Shown in pieces: positions 49,700 to 62,261 of a stretch of DNA of 64,000 nt. Numbering within the stretch: position 1 is the stretch's first letter; every line of letters begins with the position of its first letter. Location: positions 124,001-188,000 of the forward strand of contig CP142735.1 of assembly GCA_036630325.1 (NCBI GenBank), given 5' to 3'. Origin of the DNA: Vairimorpha necatrix (lineage: Eukaryota). The notes beneath the pieces were generated by a model. The model was not told where the DNA came from. It saw only the letters and a program-made list of their open reading frames with translations, and ran no database searches. A program made the position numbers and the translations under genes.

Positions 49700-49707
49700 G
49701 ATAATTC

Positions 49708-51074
49708 GACGCTACTTCATTTTCTTGCTCCCCCCCCAAAAAAAAAAAAATTATAATTTTTTTAATTCACAAGAAATTTCTTTGCAATCTATCTTATAAA
49801 GTTCTAAACTTTTCATAAAGATACTTATAATTATTATTATTTTTACTATTGATGTTTTTTCATGAAATTTCTTTGTAAAGTAATTAATTCCATGCTTATT
49901 AAACCCTACTTCTCGTTTAATAATCGTGCTTCAAATGTGATCAAAAATTTTCTATATGATTTGTGTAGTCTCTATCTGCGTTTATAAAGCAAGCAAATGA
50001 TTTACTATATTGTGTTCGCTTTTAAAATTTCTAGAGGCTGAATGATAAGATAAGTAAGCATCAATAATTATTATGCAGCAGGGGATTCTTTCCATCAAAA
50101 AATTCTTCAATTGTAGTAGATTGTCGATTTATAAGTAATTCAAGAACGAATCCTCTAAAATTACCTTATACAATACCTCCTATATTTTATTGAATATCGG
50201 GCATAAAATACAAGGTAAAAACGATTAGATACAATTATTTAGCATATAGCAGTTTGATCAAATATTACACAAACAATAGATTCTCAAATTGGGTAGATAG
50301 CATCACCATAAGAAGCAATGACTCCCATCACTGTATCCTTAACTTAAAAATATGAATTTTCACATATTTGCAAAGATCTATTGCTTGGTAAGCGGTATAA
50401 GCAAAAAAATCCAGCAATATAATGCTCTAAGAAGATTGTGAAATGGAACGTTTGTCCTTTTAAATATTGCCATGTCTTGGCGGTCTCGTGTTAGTTTTCA
50501 TAAAAATAATTTACAAGTTAAATAGTAATTCAAATTTTATTTTAAAATAATTTTCTTAAATAGTTTTTACCGAATCAAATTAATTCTATCTAGCTTTAAG
50601 TGGCAATAAAAACATTGATCTGAAACAACTATTTTTTTGACATAATTGGTAATAGTGAGGGTATGACAAAAATAATACCATTCTGAAGTGGCCTCATTAA
50701 ACTACACTTCTTATTAACACACCGATAAGCTTTGCCGTCAGTGATCTGGCACTTCCCCTAATGTTCAAAAGAAAATTTAGTTCGTGATGCCGAACAATGT
50801 CTGCAAGCTATCTATCGTTTTAGAAGACCATTAACTAAAAAATTAATTGCTCTTCATTGTTCCTAAAGCAAATATCTTTACAGATATTCATTTCCAGAAT
50901 AGTCTTATAATATTCAGCATCAAGGAGACTATTATGATTCTCAAATTGTCAAAAATTACCTTTACTTCATTTTTTGCCCTTTAAAATAAAAAATGTTTAG
51001 ATTTGTAAAACAAAATTTTGTATCTTTTATTGATGTTTTTTCTAGGGGGGGGGGCTAGAAAATGAAGCAGCACC
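49708..51074 (-). mobile_element. Decayed Merlin element interrupted by a solo LTR
   Basis: Imperfect TIRs GCT(A/G)CTTCATTTTCT(T/A)GC.CCCC; minus-strand fragments CRHC, DGKAYRCVNKKC, LLRALYCW, EHNIVNH, YTNHIENF. Confidence 0.75.
50468..50668 (-). mobile_element. Solo LTR related to the 56668-60857 element
   Basis: TGCCATGTCTTGGCGGT...ATAGTGAGGGTATGACA termini; flanks AATAT/AAAAT (TSD with 1 mismatch). Confidence 0.9.
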
Positions 51075-51099
51075 CTAAAATATATCCTCCGAATTAAAT

Positions 51100-52097
51100 T
51101 ACAAAATATCTCAAGAGCTTGGAAGCATTATACAGTGCAACTTTGTCTACATTGATCAGTACGTAAATGAAGTTCTACATAAGATTGAAGGATATACGTT
51201 ATTAATTTACTTAATAAACAAAAGTCGAAAGAAAATATACAGAAATTTTATACAAAGGATTAAAGAAGACATCTTAATGTATATGTACCATATTAAAGCC
51301 CCAACTCTTGATTTCTGAGAACGAAGACAGTACATTAGTAATGAGGTGAACGAATATATGAAGAATCAGGGCATTAAACAGTTATTTGTGCCAATATGAA
51401 CACCAAGTTCGAACGGAATCTCTGAATCGATAAACCGAACTATTTCATTATGTTATCTATTATGACAGGAGAGAATATTTATAAAGTCATTGAACTATGT
51501 CAATAAATGACAAACAACAACTATTATAGAACTATCGATGCTCACCATATGAAGCATTGAAAGGTGTGGAATATTATGACCAACTTTAGAGAAATATTTT
51601 CACCAAGCCTATAGTAAATTATCCATCTTTTTCTGATCATAAAATTGGAGGTTTAATAATGTACGGTGTCTTAAAGCAGAGGAAATATTCGACTAGAAAA
51701 CGAACTTCAATGTTGGTTCTAAAGGAAATGGCTGAAGTGTGATGGAATTCCAGAAATAAAACACGTTAACAACATAAAGACTTAATGGGGGGTAGAATGT
51801 GGTATTACAACTACCACAAATTATTTATTTTTATTTTATGAGTTTCCCCTTTTTGGAAATAATCCATTCGACCGGTCTATTTCAAAAATCAATTATTTAT
51901 TCGTTTTTAGTCCTCACCTTTACGACATCATGAAACACAACAACGATTTGGTTCCTTGAAACACAAGAACAAGATAGGGCTAACAAAGCCATGGATCAGA
52001 GTCAAACCAAGAAGCCTACCAAGGCCTTTAAGGTAATAATAAAATGGTTGATTTAATCGAACCAATTTATACAAAGGGATCTCTCTAAATTACGTCA
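51100..52097 (+). mobile_element. Decayed gypsy 3' end: integrase remnant, PPT and LTR (from 51798)
   Basis: KNQGIKQLFVPI*TPSSNGISESINRTI; GGGGGGTAGAA followed by TGTGGTA. Confidence 0.7.
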
Positions 52098-54542
52098 CCA
52101 GGCTATCTTATTTTTTAAATTTAGAACTTTGAAAATTTGATTGAATAGTAAATTTTGTTGACTGAAAAAAATTTATATTTTTTTCTAAGGAGCAATATAT
52201 GAAGCAACGCCTAAGCACATATAGTTTATTTGAGAAGATTTTATGGATAATCTGTAAAAAATGGATTTATGATGACGCAAATCCAAAACTATCATTGTTT
52301 ACTAAAACGTTTGTTTTTTTATATTAGTTATTTCATAATTATGAATTAACATCTAAAAATTATTTAATCATATCACAGCATCTTTTTTGAGTTCAATGAA
52401 CCCCTTGAATCTTTGCAATCATTATTTAGCAATATTTATAAAAATTTATTTTAAAAATTTTCCTCTATATTGGTCAAGAGAATGAATTTATGTATAATTA
52501 GATAATATAAACTAAATAATAAATAAATTCTTTAGAATATGATACAAATAAACCTTCATCGTAGAATAAAGTGTTATTATTATTTATGCAATACTAATCA
52601 TAAAAAAGTGTTTCTTCTTATTAATGCATAAATATTTCCATAGACTTATTTTACATATTGAACAATTTATAATAACTTTGAATGAGTATTATTCAAGATA
52701 TTTTAGTAAAAATCTTTCATTTCTCTTAAATTATGTATCTTATAAATAAAAATTTCAAAAATGGCACATTAATAGACTATGTACTTTAATATAATCTTTT
52801 TTTTGGGTGTACCCAGAGCTTAGTATGATGGTACGTTACGTCAATTCCAAAAGTAAATGTGGGGTTTCTGTGTTCCTATTTAAAAAATAAAATATACATT
52901 CTAAATTAAGTGTATATACATATTGCCGACTGGGTATTAATTATAAAGCCTTTTTATAATTTACACTTAATTCGATTTAGTAGTAAAAAATCCGAAAAAA
53001 TTTTAATATTAAATTATGATCCAATGAATGAAGTAGCTTGCAAAAGATCTCAACTTATGTGAAAAATTTAAAATGTTAAATGAGTACCTTTTTACATTGG
53101 TTTTACAATAGAAAAAATGCATTGCTTCTACCAAGCTACGATCATAGTCAAGGTGTCATTGGTTCCTCAATTAAGTTTAGAGTTATTAAAACAAATCAAA
53201 AAAGACAGTCAGGTATAATTATGAACATGATACACTTAATGATAATTAAAATTAAAATATTTTTTTATGTGTAAAATATATTCGTCTTGGAATAATTTTA
53301 GTTTATTTTTGATATTTAGAGACAACAAAGTGTTGATTTGTTTAATTATCATATTGTAGTCGCAAAAAAATTGTTATGACAATTATAGATATTATTTTTT
53401 ATTTATTATAAAAAAAGATTTTTGAGACTAGATTGTAACGAATTTTAGAAATATTTTTTGTATTCTATTCTCTATAAACATCTTCAATTTAAACTAGATA
53501 TTACAGAACAGAAATGATATTGATGAAATTTCTTAGTAGCTCTGTCATAGAAGTAAGTAAAATGACTAAGATGACTAGAGAGTTTATTTATAAAAAATAG
53601 AATTGTCTGCATATCGTAGAAAACATCGAAAAAGCTATTCTTGATCTAAATAACTGCGCAAGTCGATCGAGAGCTACCCAATGTTGATCTAAAGAATGCA
53701 ATTCAAAAAAAACTGTACTAAATTACACTTAAATTAACAGTAAATATCGTAAACAACGATATTATCTAAATATGTTTAAGAATATAAGCCTAACAAACAT
53801 TTAGTAAAATCTAATTTATGATGAAATTAGAAAATTATGTATAAGTATTATACATAATCATACTCATAAACATTAAAAAGGGTATTTGATAGATAATAAT
53901 AATACTTTGGTGTGTTTCCATTTTGTTGTGTACGCCTTCCCACAAATATTATGTATAAAATTCTATATTTGTACATTAATGTAGTACTGATGATTTAAAA
54001 AAAATAATTATTGTTCATATTTAGTGGAAAATTAAAACTTTATTCGTTTATCTTACAATTACTAGTTTGACAAAAAATATCAATTTATTTATATCAAAAA
54101 AGTTTGTTTTTATACTGTTCTAATTATATAAAACATTAAAATTAACATTTTTCTATGAATTTACTATTGCAAATTCATGTATAGTTTGTAGTTCATGTTT
54201 AAATTAGTTAATGATGTATATCAAAAAACGATGATCTTTATATGACTACTGTTTTTATCATTAAAAAGTCAAATTTTATTTGTGATGAAGTTTTTCGATC
54301 AATTGCGTCATGTCCCGTAAAACATAAAAAATGATTATAATATAGTCTAATGGTATAGTACGATTTTGTTTTTCGTATACACAAATTTTCTGCCTTTTTG
54401 GAGAATTAAAAGAATAAATATATATTCATATGTCGAAGGAAATAACAATATTTTGATAATAGAGCTATAGTTGGGTTTTAATTATTTAGTTGAAATATAT
54501 CAAATTATGTTTATAAAATAAAACCGAATTTATACCCTTTAA

Positions 54543-55292
54543 ATGTTAAATATGGGATTTTTATTATGTATTATAGGTGTGCTACAAGTAACAGCTCATC
54601 CTCATCCTATTAAAAAGGATTTAAGTACAACTGAAAGGGAATACACAGTAAGTAAAAGTCTTAAAAAATGTACGAGAGAACTTTATCAAGAAAGTGACGA
54701 CATCAAAACTCAAGATGATGATTTATTCGAACAAAGATCAACAGCAATATCAGAGATAATTTATGACTCTTTTATGGATAAAATGTTATTCCCAATAAGA
54801 ATAAAGGTGGATTGGGTAACCAAAGATAACAAAAAGGAGGATGTTATAAGAAAAAAGGACCTTAGTTTTTTACTATTTGGACTTGCAATAGAAGAACTGG
54901 TATTCAATAGAGAGTATAAAGGAAAAGAAAAAGCTGTCAGAGGATTATTAAGCTCTCTTGCTGAACAAACTCGTCCACTCTACAAAGCACTTTCCTGTAT
55001 TAATTATAAAGTTAATAAATTTAATATCAAGAAACTTCAGGAAATTATCACGGACCAAATGGATATTAAAATGGACGTGGAAACAAGTTATAAAGTAAAA
55101 CAAGTCTTTGAAACTAAAAGTTATAAGAAAATCATCAGTTTTATTGAATATAATAAAAAAAACGAAACCAAATTATTGGGGGTTGATAACTTCAGTGACG
55201 TGTTAACAAATTCCGATAATTCTAGTGTTAATCTGTTTAGTATCCCTCTGAGTGATTCTTTCGTTTCTTCAGTTCCACTAAATTTAAATTAA
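54543..55292 (+). CDS. Putative secreted protein, family paralog 3 (249 aa)
   Basis: Signal peptide; CCCTTTAA before ATG; LAEQTRPLYKALSCINYK..F...MDIKMD..YKVKQVF matches the family motif. Confidence 0.85.
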   Translation: MLNMGFLLCIIGVLQVTAHPHPIKKDLSTTEREYTVSKSLKKCTRELYQESDDIKTQDDDLFEQRSTAISEIIYDSFMDKMLFPIRIKVDWVTKDNKKEDVIRKKDLSFLLFGLAIEELVFNREYKGKEKAVRGLLSSLAEQTRPLYKALSCINYKVNKFNIKKLQEIITDQMDIKMDVETSYKVKQVFETKSYKKIISFIEYNKKNETKLLGVDNFSDVLTNSDNSSVNLFSIPLSDSFVSSVPLNLN

Positions 55293-55519
55293 AGATATGG
55301 AAAGAATAATAATCCTTTTTTCAAAAGGGATTAAATATCTGAACTACTTATTATATTTTGTTTTTAAAAAGACGTAGTTACGATTGTAAATAAACATCTT
55401 GTATTCGATTTAAATTTTTTTTTATTTATTTACTTAACAAAAGGGGTAATTAAAATATTTTTGCAAGATTAATTCTGTAAATAAAATATTTATAATTATA
55501 AAATTTGAGCCTTAAAGTA

Positions 55520-56560
55520 ATGCGGTCGGAAGAGGACGTACTAATGCAGTATTAAAAAGTAAAAGTATGCTGCTCAAACTAAGGACGGACTTCGAACAAC
55601 TGGTCAATATCTACCCCCAAAAGACGAGCTATTGTATTAGACCGGAGAAAAATGAAAACTCGCCTTTTCTAATTAAAGCATAGGTCCAGGAAAAATATAA
55701 GCAAATAGATGTGAACAGAAATCAATAGCGAGGAGCCCAAGTAACTACCCAATACAACAACATAAATAATAAAACAGCACATAAAAGGGTGTTTAGAGCA
55801 AAAGAAAATGAAATTCGACATTTAAAATATACCACTATGACTTTAAATAGTTAACACTAATCCCAACAGAAAGTAAGTTATGTTTTCTACAAGATCGATA
55901 TATATCAAATGGATCGATTGAAAACTGCCCCATTGTAATAAATTAGCAAAGACCGTGAATCATCTAGCGACAAGGTGCGAAAATGCTTGGACACGATTAT
56001 ATGAGAAGGCACAATGAAATTGTTGAATGCATCCACCTAGTACTGTGTGAAAAATAAAAAGTGCACTAAGAAGAGAATTAGAAACCACCTAGTACAACAG
56101 TTACTTGCCAACAAATATGTGGAAATAAGAATAGACACGACAGTAAAACCAAAATAAAGATCAAATATAATAAACGAGTCATTGTCGTAGCAAAAAAAAA
56201 CAAATTGATCAGAATAATCGAAATAGGTGTCACATCACAATAGAATCTACAGCAAGTGGAAAATGATTATTATAGAAAGTATGATGTTTTTGCAAACTAA
56301 CTGGGCTTAATATATGATTTTAAAACAGAAATAATTTCCTACGTAATCACAAGGGACGGTATAGTAACTAAGTTTTACAAATCTTATACCACAAGACTTG
56401 AAATCCCTAAGAAGGTAGAAGCGTACATGCAGATTATCACGCCAGAAAGCAATCTCATGACTACTAAAGGAGAGGAGACGAAGCCGATGTGGAATGACAG
56501 TGGAGCCTAGAAGCGCTCTATAAGCAGGAGACGTCAACACAGAATCTATCCTTGTTAAAT
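55520..56560 (+). pseudogene. Decayed non-LTR retrotransposon 3' part (zinc knuckle + REL endonuclease)
   Basis: FLQDR, HLATRC, HDYMRRHNEIVECIH, EIGVTSQ, RKYDVFAN, PKKVEAYMQ fragments. Confidence 0.8.
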
Positions 56561-56667
56561 TGGAAGTATAAACTACACTAAGCATACCCTGATTAAATTC
56601 GTACAAAATAAGAAATATGAGCAAAAATTTCTTTCTTAATGCTATTCTTATTTTGTATATATAGATT

Positions 56668-56875
56668 TGCCATGTCTTGGCGGTACCTTGTTGGTTTTTA
56701 AAAAGGAAATGTAAATAGATTTACAAGTTGAAGAGTAATTCATATTTATTTAAAAATAATTTTCTTAAATAGTTTTTTCTGAATCAAATCAAATTGGTTA
56801 CACGAGTACCAATTAAAACATTGATCTGAAACAACTATTTCCTTGAGTATAATTGGTCATAGTGAGGGTATGACA
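56668..56875 (-). repeat. 3' LTR
   Basis: Direct repeat of 60650-60857, preceded on the minus strand by the PPT. Confidence 0.95.
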
Positions 56876-57875
56876 GTTTCCCCAACCTTAGCCGGCCTTA
56901 CTCTTTTGATATTTACCAATGTAAATTTATCGTCTTCCAGAACCTTCAACTGATCCCCTTGTATAGATTCCACAATAAAAGGACCTAGCCATTTGTCCTC
57001 GATTTTTTCTTTTGCGTTTACATTCTTAATGTAAATATAATCACCTTTAGCAAATTTGTGACCGATTATTCTAGACTTGTTTAATTTAGCATTATCTTTA
57101 GCTGTTTTTGTATGTATGTTTTGGATTATACTTCGAGTGTCAAATGATTTTTTCGTTTGAAGGGATCGAGTGGACTATATTTAAACCTAAACTCAAATGG
57201 AGATAACCCGGTTGTTTTATGAGCAGCGTAATTTAAGGCTCTAAACGCTAATTGAATCGTCTCGCTTAAAAAGTTTCCTTTATTGATTCTTAGTATCGTA
57301 GCGATGGTTTGGTTAATCCGCTCACTGATGCTATTTCCCGTAGGATTATATGGAGAAGTAAGAATATGCTTGATTTTATACGCTTGTAAAATATTTTCAA
57401 ATTTTTGCGATATAAATTGTTTACCCCTATCTGAAAGTAGAGTTTGAGGGATGGGGCACTGTTTAAGCCAATTGTTTTCGAATGCCTCAGAAACTGCTGC
57501 TGCGGTAATCTGTGGAAGTATAATTAGTTCTGTCCATCGTGTCAATCTGTCTGTGATTGTTAGTATGTAAAATTTGTTTTCAACTATATTTGACTTAAAC
57601 TCGTCTGAGCGAAATGGACCTATTATGTCCGTAGATATATCTTTAAATGGCGTGTTTGAAGAAAGGTTTCCTTTTAGTTCTCCATAGTTTGCGCGAAAGT
57701 TTTTACTTGTTTGACATTTAAAGCATTGCTGACTAATATTTTGAATGTTTCGTTTAACATTATTTCCTGTTAGATAAGTTTTTATGGAATTATAAAGCTT
57801 AACTTCTCCTGGGTGTCCTAAATAGTCATGAATTCGCTTTAAATATGTTGTAAATATAGTATCTGGGAGGATAAG
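56861..57875 (-). pseudogene. Integrase portion of pol, beyond an in-frame TGA, with one A-run frameshift near 57150
   Basis: HDYLGH..CFKC, STDIIGP, SDRG, GNSISERIN, KWLGPF; final frame stops inside the 3' LTR. Confidence 0.88.
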
Positions 57876-60647
57876 TCAGTTTACATTGTCTGATATAATG
57901 CCCGAATCATGGAGTATATATCTTTGTGGTGAATCTGCTACGCTTTCTTGCAGTTTGGAATCTTGCAGTTGTTGTTCTAAGATTTCTTTTAGGTTATATT
58001 TAAAATTTCCAAAAATGTAGTCCCTTAGTGCACAACACCTTGATAAGTGATCTGGAACTACGTTTGTTTCTCCTTTAATATGAGTGATTGTGTAATCATA
58101 TTCGTCAAGTAATAGTTTCCAGCGTTGAACTCGTTTATTCAGGGCTTCTGTTGTAAAAAGTAAATTTGCGTTGTCTGTCTGGATGTGTATTTTTGAATTA
58201 AAAATGATTTGCTTAAAGTGTCTGAGTGATTTAATTACTGCTAGAAATTCCTTTTCCATAACCGTGTATCTTTTTTCGGCTTCTGAAAATTTGTAACTAT
58301 AAAGTCCTATGAGGTTTTCGTCTTGAAGTAAAGTAGATCCTAATCCCTCTTCGGATGCATCTGTAGTAAGTAGAAAAGGTTTTTTGTAGTCGGGATAATT
58401 TAACATTGTTTGTCGTTTGATCTCCGAAATAATGTTCTTTACTGAAGCATCTTCCTCTTTGGTCCACGAAAATTTGCTTTTCTTTGCTAGTTTGTTGGTC
58501 AAGAATGCTATTTTACTTGAAAGATTTTTGATATAAGGTCTGAACCAATTAATGAATCCAATAATTTTCATCAAGTCTTTCTTCGTTCTTGGGTTTTTTT
58601 TTTTTATAGTAAATTTATCAACCCGGGAAATGTCTGGTTTTATTCCTTTAGATGAAATTATATTTCCTAAATAGGTTACTTCTGGCACAAAGAAAGTGGA
58701 TTTTTCAAAATTAACTGATGCGCCTGCCTTACATAGAAGTGATAATACAATTTTAAGATGTTCTTCATGGTCTTGTTGACATTTAGAATATATTAGTACG
58801 TCGTCTAGAAAAATTTTTACAAATTCGAGATGACCCAAAAGGTCGGACATACATCGTTGGAATTCTCTGGGCGCATTGGCAAGCCCAAAAGGCATTCTTA
58901 GGAATTCATATTGTCCCCATGGAAGCACAAACGCCGTTTTGTGAACATCTTGTTTAGCGACTGGGATCTGGTAATAGCCCATATTTAGATCTATTTGTGA
59001 AAAAATAAATGCTTCCTGTAATGATCGTAATTGTTCATGAATATTTGGAAATGGGAATGCTTGTTTTACTGTTACTGAATTAAGTTTTCTGTAGTCTATT
59101 ACTAACCGAATTTTCCCGTTTTTCTTCAGAATAGGGAATGCCGGTGATGCGTAATGAGACGTGCTCTTTTGGATTATCTTTAGTTTTAAAAGATTGTCAA
59201 TTTCTTGCTTGAGTGGTTCTTGTATGTTTATGGGCACTTGGTAAGGTTTTGAAAATACTGGAGTATTAGTAGTTGTTTTTATCTGAAAACCTTGCGAAGG
59301 TAGTTGCCCAAGTGACGGATTGTTTTCTTGTACGTCTTTTATGTATGATTTAATAGAATCTGGAATATATGTACTGTCGTCTTCTGTGATCATTTTTGAT
59401 TTAGAGTAAATGATATAGTCTGGATTGTTTATCCAATCTTGATAATCTTTGTTCGTAAATTGAAACCTCTTATTTAGAATATAAATAGATTTTTGGTGAT
59501 AGTCTATTACTGTATTGGTATTATTTAAAAAGGGTCTTCCCAATATACAGTCCAGAATGAGATCGTCGAGTACGATGAAAATAACTCTTTCTTTAACGCT
59601 TTCTGATTGTTTTATTGTTAAATATACTTCGACGGCATCGTTAGTATTCGAGGTAATACCGTTTCCATATTCGATTCGCCTGTTTCTGACTATAAGAGGG
59701 GTAAGTTCAAGTTGTTTTACCATTGATCTACTCATATAGTTGCTGCTTGCTCCTGTGTCGAATGATAGGGTAATTTGGGTTTGGTTGACATTTCCCAGTA
59801 GTTCGGGCAACCCAATTGGGGTATCTGGTTCTTTAAGAATTAAATTTTTATCATTTCTCTGGGTAACGCCTCCCTTAGAGCTGTTTAGCGCTCTACAATC
59901 TTTCGTGTAATGTCCACGGCTTTTATGAAATGTACAAAATGGTTTCTGTTGGTTGTGTTCTTTTTTATTCTTCATGGATTTAAAATCCAATTTAACACAT
60001 GGCTCTTTTCCAAGATTAATAATTGTCTGTTCTATTTCCTTAATTTGATTCATTATGGATATAGAATCCCTTAGATTAATCTTGGCCATTTCTAATTTCG
60101 TTGTTATATCTAAACCTTGGTAAAAATACTCAGATATTCTACTATTCATATCTTTCTCGGAGATTCTTAAACACCATTTTAGTTTCGTTGTAAGGTCTTT
60201 AATTCGATTATGATATTGTTCGATATATGTAAAATCATTCTGTTTTGTTCTTTGGATCGCATCTAAGTACCAATGGGAATCCTGTTCGGGATAGGCGCTG
60301 TAAATTAGCGCAAGAAAATGCTTTTCTATGTCCAAAATTTTCTTCTTTGGAAGTATATCTAAAAGCGAAGGTGTAACTACTGAATGCAGCACGGCAATTG
60401 AAAGAGATGCTGACCTTTGGCATTGTTCCATGGTTTCTTTGAACTCTGAAGTCCATTGAAAAATATCCTGTATTGTTAAATCGTTAAGTTCTGTGATAGA
60501 CTTTGAAAGTTGTAACGAATTTGTAGGATCGGGAGAAAAGGTAAAAGAGTACTGTTTAAAGTCTTTCTTTATTTTTGACAGATTTGAACCTGGTTTGTTA
60601 AAGCTCCCTGCATGAATAAAATCTTCTTTGTCGGCGTATGACGTCAT
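57876..60647 (-). CDS. Gag-protease-RT-RNase H polyprotein (in-frame upstream ATG at 60725 lies in the LTR)
   Basis: CTFHKSRGHYTKDC knuckle, FDTGA protease, MPFGL and FLDD RT motifs, TDAS RNase H. Confidence 0.93.
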   Translation of the reverse strand: MTSYADKEDFIHAGSFNKPGSNLSKIKKDFKQYSFTFSPDPTNSLQLSKSITELNDLTIQDIFQWTSEFKETMEQCQRSASLSIAVLHSVVTPSLLDILPKKKILDIEKHFLALIYSAYPEQDSHWYLDAIQRTKQNDFTYIEQYHNRIKDLTTKLKWCLRISEKDMNSRISEYFYQGLDITTKLEMAKINLRDSISIMNQIKEIEQTIINLGKEPCVKLDFKSMKNKKEHNQQKPFCTFHKSRGHYTKDCRALNSSKGGVTQRNDKNLILKEPDTPIGLPELLGNVNQTQITLSFDTGASSNYMSRSMVKQLELTPLIVRNRRIEYGNGITSNTNDAVEVYLTIKQSESVKERVIFIVLDDLILDCILGRPFLNNTNTVIDYHQKSIYILNKRFQFTNKDYQDWINNPDYIIYSKSKMITEDDSTYIPDSIKSYIKDVQENNPSLGQLPSQGFQIKTTTNTPVFSKPYQVPINIQEPLKQEIDNLLKLKIIQKSTSHYASPAFPILKKNGKIRLVIDYRKLNSVTVKQAFPFPNIHEQLRSLQEAFIFSQIDLNMGYYQIPVAKQDVHKTAFVLPWGQYEFLRMPFGLANAPREFQRCMSDLLGHLEFVKIFLDDVLIYSKCQQDHEEHLKIVLSLLCKAGASVNFEKSTFFVPEVTYLGNIISSKGIKPDISRVDKFTIKKKNPRTKKDLMKIIGFINWFRPYIKNLSSKIAFLTNKLAKKSKFSWTKEEDASVKNIISEIKRQTMLNYPDYKKPFLLTTDASEEGLGSTLLQDENLIGLYSYKFSEAEKRYTVMEKEFLAVIKSLRHFKQIIFNSKIHIQTDNANLLFTTEALNKRVQRWKLLLDEYDYTITHIKGETNVVPDHLSRCCALRDYIFGNFKYNLKEILEQQLQDSKLQESVADSPQRYILHDSGIISDNVN

Positions 60648-60649
60648 AA

Positions 60650-60857
60650 TGCCATGTCTTGGCGGTACCTTGTTGGTTTTTAAAAAGGAAATGTAAATAG
60701 ATTTACAAGTTGAAGAGTAATTCATATTTATTTAAAAATAATTTTCTTAAATAGTTTTTTCTGAATCAAATCAAATTGGTTACACGAGTACCAATTAAAA
60801 CATTGATCTGAAACAACTATTTCCTTGAGTATAATTGGTCATAGTGAGGGTATGACA
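60650..60857 (-). repeat. 5' LTR
   Basis: Direct repeat of 56668-56875. Confidence 0.95.
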
Positions 60858-62261
60858 AGATTATTTCAAGAAATTCTATATTTGATACAAATTCAGTCAT
60901 TTCAATTGTTTAAAAGGTTTTCTAAATATAATAACACGAGGTCGAAAGAAGTGAATTTGTTTGCAAGGAAGTAAAAAACATAGAGAGGCCTATATACACG
61001 TCAGAAAAACCTAAGCTCGACCCTTGCCGATACAATCAATATTTTTGTGTAGATAAGCGCAATTTCTTTCTTTGGACTTTAATGTGTACCAAAATCTTTC
61101 GTATGCTTTTAAATTATTCTCTATTTGATTCGATTACTTAGATTTCATCATGTCTTACTAAGGTTTACACAAATTTTTACAATGCAATTTGAACCCCCAA
61201 GAGAAATTGTCGCACCAACACAAACGGCTTTTTTATCATCGCATCTCACTTGCTTTCCTCAATCCGCAAGATCATTAAACCTGCATTTTATGGACCGCGA
61301 TTTACAACTTAGCTACGTAAGTTTCGGCTAACTTGTTACAGAATAATAGGAACAGAGTCTACATAAGTTCCTTTCCTATTTCGTGCAATTACCAAACTCT
61401 GCTCATAGAATTTCACTTAAAAGCTTCTCTTAAAGAAATTTATAAAAAATATAATATGCCGGGGATGAGTTCGAATTATACAGAGAGTGCATAACTAGTA
61501 AATAAATTGTATTGTCACAGATACTTGAGCTACCAATAAAGTGATTGAATTTAAACAAAACTTAATTACTGGCGATTGTTGTAATTAAAGCTTGTAAAAA
61601 CCTTCATTTGACACATGAGAAGCAATTTGTAAATATCTTTAATGTTTAATCCACAACGATATAAATATATACCCTTTAAAAAGAAGAAAGAGAAGAGAGG
61701 AAAGAGACTTAAGGGCTTAACAAGCAAAGTACAGTTAAACAAATATAGTTAGATATATATATAATCTTACATTAATAATTCGTCATAGGCAGAAGCCTGA
61801 CTTCTAAATTTTATGTTTAATAAGCATATTCAGAATTTTTAACCGAGTTTTGTAAAATTTTTTAAATTTAAGTTTGCACTTTATATTGTAATATATTAAT
61901 TAGGGATCTATTTGCTCACTTATTCCTGCATAAACCTTATAAAACTTTTTACCTTCCGTTTTTTATAATATTTCTATCGTACGTAATTTTCTAATCCCTC
62001 TCAATGTTTTTTACGCAAAAATTTTTGTCATTCCATGTTCCTTTAATTGATTGCCGATCTCCTTTTTTTTGCATGTTGCATATTTTAAGACAAGGATTCT
62101 GACACAATTCAGTCCACTTGATATTTTTTTTACAGACTTTTTGAAATCATTATCATCTTTTTGATCAAAAAAAATATATTTTTCTACAAAAAAAACATCA
62201 AGTTCTAAAGGAATTTTCATAAATAAAAATATGAATTATGTTATAATTTTTTTTTTTTATA

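Larger units (their letters stand above)
56668..60857 (-). mobile_element. Full-length Ty3/gypsy LTR retrotransposon (4190 bp)
   Basis: Two apparently identical 208-bp LTRs, TG...CA; perfect 5-bp TSD AGATT; PPT-like GGTTGGGGAAA; order gag-PR-RT-RH-IN. Confidence 0.97.

Noticed and set aside
50280..50340. GDAIYP fragment suggesting a PIF/Harbinger transposase
   Set aside because: Surrounding fragments and TIRs fit Merlin better
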